Source of the DNA: an uncultured archaeon
Lineage (GTDB): Archaea; Asgardarchaeota; Lokiarchaeia; Sigyniarchaeales; SOKP01
Assembly: GCA_964525635.1 (NCBI GenBank)
Contig: CAZGJX010000120.1
Coordinates: 1 to 11,444 of the forward strand
DNA: 11,444 nucleotides
Direction: 5' to 3'
Shown: piece after piece, positions 7,729 to 11,444 of the stretch
How the letters are laid out: each line of letters starts with the position of its first letter
Numbering within the stretch: position 1 is the stretch's first letter
The notes under the pieces: model-generated
What the model saw: only the letters and a program-made list of their open reading frames with translations
Told to the model about the DNA's origin: nothing
Database searches by the model: none
Program-made: the position numbers and the translations under genes

Positions 7729-8220
7729 CTATTCTAAAGATTTTGGTGAATTTTTAAGATCATTAAACCAAAATTTAAAATTCTTATTCAATGATTGAAT
7801 TTCTTTTTTTAGAAAATCATTTTTTTTTATTTTTTCATATAATGAAGAATCCATTGTAATGATACAATCACAATTACATATTGCACTAGCAAATATTAAA
7901 CAATCTATAGTATCATTATGTATTTTTTTTAGATTTGAAGCCAATTCAATGATTAAAGGATTGTATGTGTATGATAAACATTTTAGACGCGGATCATTTT
8001 GTATTGCATCAATTCCGATCATTAAATCTTGAGTATTTATCTGTTCATTTTTTACTATTAATTTAAATGCTTTAGCAGTTAATTCAAATATTGATAAATC
8101 TGAGTAAAAATATTCACTTGATTTATCATGGAGAAGGTTAATTAATACATCATCAGCTATGGTTTCAATTTTTATTTTTATAAAAGGTAGGAGATAAGAA
8201 GTATCAATAAAAATTTTCAT
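7729..8220 (-). CDS. vapC: PIN-domain toxin (VapC family), TA module 2
   Basis: IDTS, SIFEL, TIDCLIFASA, ITMD; ATGA overlap with the antitoxin. Confidence 0.9.
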   Translation of the reverse strand: MKIFIDTSYLLPFIKIKIETIADDVLINLLHDKSSEYFYSDLSIFELTAKAFKLIVKNEQINTQDLMIGIDAIQNDPRLKCLSYTYNPLIIELASNLKKIHNDTIDCLIFASAICNCDCIITMDSSLYEKIKKNDFLKKEIQSLNKNFKFWFNDLKNSPKSLE

Positions 8221-8468
8221 CTTTCATATTCCTCTCTAAATTCTTCCTTAAATTGTTTCCACGCATGATAACTTATCTTTATTTTCGGTGGAGTTTTTAA
8301 AATCTCTTCTAATGAATATAATTTTCTTATTATTAATTTATCTTGATGTATTGACATTATAATTGGTTGATTAGGCTTTAATCCAAGTCTTTCCCTAATT
8401 TCTTTTGGTGGGAATATTTCTCCTTTAGATCCAATCTTTAGAACCATTTTATTTTCAGTTATAGTCAT
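8217..8468 (-). CDS. vapB: AbrB/MazE/SpoVT-family antitoxin, TA module 2
   Basis: KIGSKGEIFPPKEIRERLGLKPNQ AbrB-like signature; coupled to a PIN gene. Confidence 0.9.
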   Translation of the reverse strand: MTITENKMVLKIGSKGEIFPPKEIRERLGLKPNQPIIMSIHQDKLIIRKLYSLEEILKTPPKIKISYHAWKQFKEEFREEYER

Positions 8469-8486
8469 TCTAATATAGATATAATC

Positions 8487-8520
8487 ACTCGAATTATTTA
8501 AGGTTTTCGAGTATATACTC
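8487..8520 (-). promoter_or_regulatory. TA2 promoter/operator
   Basis: Perfect IR ACTCGAA-N12-TTCGAGT (8487-8512) encloses TTAAATAA on the - strand. It overlaps the perfect palindrome GAGTATATACTC (8509-8520). Confidence 0.7.
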
Positions 8521-8629
8521 TCTAAGATTTAAAATATTTTTTATAAATCCTAAAAATAAGAATCAATTGAATTTATATCTTTTATAAATTATTTAAAAAT
8601 TATGATATATACTAAATTTTTCTGTTAAG

Positions 8630-8951
8630 CATATTACTTTTCTCATCCTTTAATAATATAAAAGTTATAATTTATTAGAGTGGGTTTAGTAATACCCCCA
8701 TTTCAGGTTTAAATTCCATTAAAAATAATATAATTTCTATTAAAAACCTTTTTTTAAAAAAAAAAATTCATCTATAAGATTATGATCAGAAAAATGTAAT
8801 TGAAGAAATATTTAATTTTGAGGGATATAGGTTAAATTCCCGTTAGATTTTTGAACAATTTTCAAGTACTATTTTAATAGGTTTATACTCCTAATCCTCA
8901 TAAAATAATGAATTTAGAAAATCAAGATGAAAAAATAGATTCGAACCCCTA
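8630..8951. repeat. Dispersed repeat copy C (left arm, core, long right arm; most complete)
   Basis: 8630-8705 is 72/76 identical to 10468-10543. From 8673 onward it is colinear with copy A, including ATAGGTTAAATTCCCGT (8827-8843) and GATTCGAACCCCT (8938-8950). Confidence 0.92.
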
Positions 8952-9006
8952 AAACTCATTTTAAAACCAAAATAATCAATATATATTCTGAATTTCATGC
9001 AAATCT

Positions 9007-9291
9007 CTAAATTCTCAATAATCTTTTACCATGAAAAATTGTTACAATTTCAACAATATCTTTATCATTATGATATACAATCCTATAGTTTTGAAGAATT
9101 AATTCTCTCATGTTTGGATCCTTTATTTCTGGGACTCGTCTCCCCATTTCAGGAAAAGATTTTAAGTTATCAATTGACTCAAAAATCCGTTCATAAAAAT
9201 AATCAGCATATTGTGGTGAATCATGAGATAAGTATTCGATTATTCCCTTTAAATTGCTTATAGCGGTATCAGACCATTTTATTTTAACCAT
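9007..9291 (-). CDS. RelE/ParE-family toxin, TA module 3
   Basis: IKWSDTAISNL...EYLSHDSPQYA...LKSFPEMGRRVPE...RELILQNYRIVY...IFHGKR is typical of RelE/ParE proteins. Confidence 0.92.
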   Translation of the reverse strand: MVKIKWSDTAISNLKGIIEYLSHDSPQYADYFYERIFESIDNLKSFPEMGRRVPEIKDPNMRELILQNYRIVYHNDKDIVEIVTIFHGKRLLRI

Positions 9292-9464
9292 GTTCGTGCC
9301 ATCTTCTTTACATCTTCGTGATCATGAATTTTCCCTTGTTTAATATCTTCCAAACCTCTTAGAATCTTTTGCTTTACGTAAAGGTGATACATTATATCAT
9401 CAAGAGTAACATCATCAGGAAGTTCCTTGATGAGTTGCATGATATTTTCTTTTTCAGTTGCCAT
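9279..9464 (-). CDS. Putative antitoxin of the RelE/ParE module
   Basis: 61 aa with LPDDVTLDDIMYHLYV...GLEDIKQGK, a pattern seen upstream of RelE/ParE toxins; overlaps the toxin start by 13 bp. Confidence 0.85.
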   Translation of the reverse strand: MATEKENIMQLIKELPDDVTLDDIMYHLYVKQKILRGLEDIKQGKIHDHEDVKKMARTWLK

Positions 9465-9634
9465 AATATTTTATCTCATTAATAATAACTAAATTTAAAA
9501 ATAAAAAATTTTTGATCAAAATAAGTTTTTTCAATAGTAATTAAATTTTAAAATATACATTATTCAGAAAGGATAATTCAGATTTCTGAAATTATATGAA
9601 ATAAAAAAAAAAGTTAAAATAGAGGATATTTATT

Positions 9635-10189
9635 TTATTCAGGACCTTTAATACCTAAAATAATTCTGGTTATTCCATTTACTATTAAAGAAATCGAAAT
9701 CATAGCAACGATAAATATTTCTCCAAGATCAGGAATTACAAAAATTAAAATCGAAAGAATTATAGTAATGCCTCCAACTAAAATAACAAATATTTTATAC
9801 CATTTTTCAGATTCTTTTAACATAATTCCAATAATTAACCTTGCCAATCCAATAATTAATAAACCTCCTGCTAATAAAAAGTACCATACTTCAAGCGCGA
9901 AATTAAAGTCATTTATAGTTATGATAATAACTGCTATAGAAATTACTATAGCAATTAATCCTGAAAAGAACTTTGTATTTGTATCTAAATTTTTAAATTT
10001 AGCTTCTGATAAAGAATTAATTAATCTTCCAAGGCCTGAAATTAATAAAGCCATTGAAAGAAGGACAATTACAATACCATTAGTTATTTCTGGGGATATC
10101 ATAGCTAAAATTGCTACACAAATCATCAATAATCCAATTAATATATTTGAAGTTTGAAATCTTCTATCTTTTGCTTGTTGTTCTCCCAT
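9635..10189 (-). CDS. HdeD/DUF308-family membrane protein
   Basis: Six hydrophobic helices with repeated LLISGLGRL / LLIIGLARL / LIVNGITRI motifs. Confidence 0.85.
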   Translation of the reverse strand: MGEQQAKDRRFQTSNILIGLLMICVAILAMISPEITNGIVIVLLSMALLISGLGRLINSLSEAKFKNLDTNTKFFSGLIAIVISIAVIIITINDFNFALEVWYFLLAGGLLIIGLARLIIGIMLKESEKWYKIFVILVGGITIILSILIFVIPDLGEIFIVAMISISLIVNGITRIILGIKGPE

Positions 10190-10467
10190 TTTAAATTTAC
10201 CTTTTCTGTAATTTATTAAAATATGAATTATATTAGGATAAAAGATGTATATAAAATATTTTATTATAAAAAATAAAAATAAGAAAAAACAAAATTTTTT
10301 TTTTTCATTACCTTTTATTTATTGATTAATTATTTTTTATATTAAATATAGAAAAATTGTACATTATCAATGTATATCATGAAAATTAAAAAAAAGTAAT
10401 TTTATTTCCTCTAAATCCTTTATCAAAATTTAATTATATTTGTAATTGTCATTGTTTTCTAAGCGAA

Positions 10468-10562
10468 CATATTAATTTTCTCATCCTTTAATAATATAAA
10501 AGTTATAATTTATTAGACTGGGTTTAGTAATATCCCAATTTCACGATCATAAATCCTACTAT
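10468..10562. repeat. Dispersed repeat copy D (left arm, core, short right arm)
   Basis: 42-nt exact match of 10476-10517 to 8638-8679. Core 10511-10543 is 30/33 to copy C. The right arm is shared with copy B. Confidence 0.92.
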
Positions 10563-10586
10563 CTTTCTAAGATTATTTCCAGACCA

Positions 10587-11009
10587 TTATGGAATTGGAT
10601 CAATTACTTCAATATCTGGAATTTTTAAAAAACTTTTATCATGAGTAAATAATTTAGATATATTTAACTCTCTCATTGAATTTAAGATTGTTGCATCACG
10701 TCCTCCTATACCTGTATGAGAGAATTTAATTAATTCTTCAAAAATAAAGTCCAAATCTTCAAATACTAAATCTGTGTAGACAAAATCAATTTTTGAGAAC
10801 AATTTCCATTTTTCTTTTGCTATTTGATTCCCCAATCTCTTAACAAGATAATGCATTACCTCGATTAAAACAACAACATTCACAGCAAATCTAATATTAT
10901 CATATATTTTATCAAAATGATTCTTTATATGAATATGTTCTATTGTTGCTGCATCAAGAAGATAGATCCAATAATTGGAATCAATAAAAACTATTGGTTT
11001 GTTTTCCAT
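10587..11009 (-). CDS. vapC: PIN-domain toxin (VapC family), TA module 4
   Basis: FIDSN, LIEV, GRDATIL, FTHDKSF, VIDPI; overlaps the antitoxin 3' end. Confidence 0.92.
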   Translation of the reverse strand: MENKPIVFIDSNYWIYLLDAATIEHIHIKNHFDKIYDNIRFAVNVVVLIEVMHYLVKRLGNQIAKEKWKLFSKIDFVYTDLVFEDLDFIFEELIKFSHTGIGGRDATILNSMRELNISKLFTHDKSFLKIPDIEVIDPIP

Positions 11010-11263
11010 ATTCTTTTTATCGACTCCGGTGTAGGTTGTTCATCTATTGGAGTTTTAATACATCCAACTAAGTTTTCAAATAATTCTTCTTTACTTAATT
11101 TCTTTTGAAGTATTATCTCATTATCTTTACCTATTTTTATGTTTAATTTATCTCCTGGATTAATATGTAATGATTCACGTATTTTTACTGGTAAAGTTAG
11201 ACGACCTCTATCATCAAGTTCAATATTTCCCATATAATCACCCATTCCCATATTATTACCCAT
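10991..11263 (-). CDS. vapB: AbrB/MazE/SpoVT-family antitoxin, TA module 4 (true start possibly 11233)
   Basis: LDDRGRLTLPVKIRESLHINPGDKL AbrB signature. Four in-frame ATGs; a GGTGA RBS lies just upstream of ATG 11233. Confidence 0.92.
   Translation of the reverse strand: MGNNMGMGDYMGNIELDDRGRLTLPVKIRESLHINPGDKLNIKIGKDNEIILQKKLSKEELFENLVGCIKTPIDEQPTPESIKRIWKTNQ
11227..11262. repeat. 18-bp tandem duplication at the TA4 start (probable operator)
   Basis: TTCCCATATAATCACCCA / TTCCCATATTATTACCCA (16/18). A TTTAAATA box lies at 11284-11291 on the - strand. Confidence 0.65.
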
Positions 11264-11444
11264 AATATTATTATTCTAATATATATTTAAAGATATTGAT
11301 TTCTTATATTTTTAATTTCGATTTGAGCTCTAATTTTTGTTATTATTTCTATAGATTTTTATTCCTTAGTGTCCTATAATTCTTATATGTCTCCATATTA
11401 CTTTCTTTTATAATACGATGTATCGTCTCTTCTTATGGTGAAGG

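Noticed and set aside
8830-8850. GTTAAAT / GTTAGAT as integron attC core sites
   Set aside because: Not conserved in copy A (GTTCAAT, GTTACTT), absent from B and D, and without a paired RYYYAAC or attC hairpin.
3904-10543. The 33-bp repeat core as a CRISPR repeat
   Set aside because: Copies are 1.1-3.7 kb apart, separated by whole genes and embedded in longer homologous arms. There are no regular spacers or cas genes.
8997-11108. Plus-strand ORFs 8997-9263, 9768-10157 and 10917-11108
   Set aside because: Antisense shadows of relE/parE, the HdeD gene and TA4.

Overview
Very AT-rich accessory region with archaeal-type signals (TATA/BRE promoters, near-leaderless starts, GGTGA ribosome-binding sites, oligo-T terminators). 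An Asgard/Lokiarchaeia origin is plausible but is inference only. From left to right: the 5' end of a DUF4240-like gene (-); a fully delimited but inactivated ISL3-like IS (260-2156, 8-bp TSD GGAATTTC, GGGTATGAT ends, one nonsense codon, a -1 frame join at A9C); a possible TnpB/RuvC remnant; an unknown multi-pass membrane protein; a GNAT-deacetylase (APAH/HDAC-type) fusion; then four co-oriented type II toxin-antitoxin modules (three AbrB-VapC, one RelE/ParE-type) and a HdeD/DUF308 gene. The most interesting signal is a dispersed intergenic repeat family. It has four clear copies (3904, 7517, 8630, 10468) sharing a 33-bp core with mosaic arms, and three of them lie just 3' of a TA toxin. The two long copies also carry a promoter, a 14-codon micro-ORF and two inverted tRNA T-arm (B-box-like) motifs. 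This looks like a repeat-punctuated TA cassette array, but no recombinase is visible in the window.
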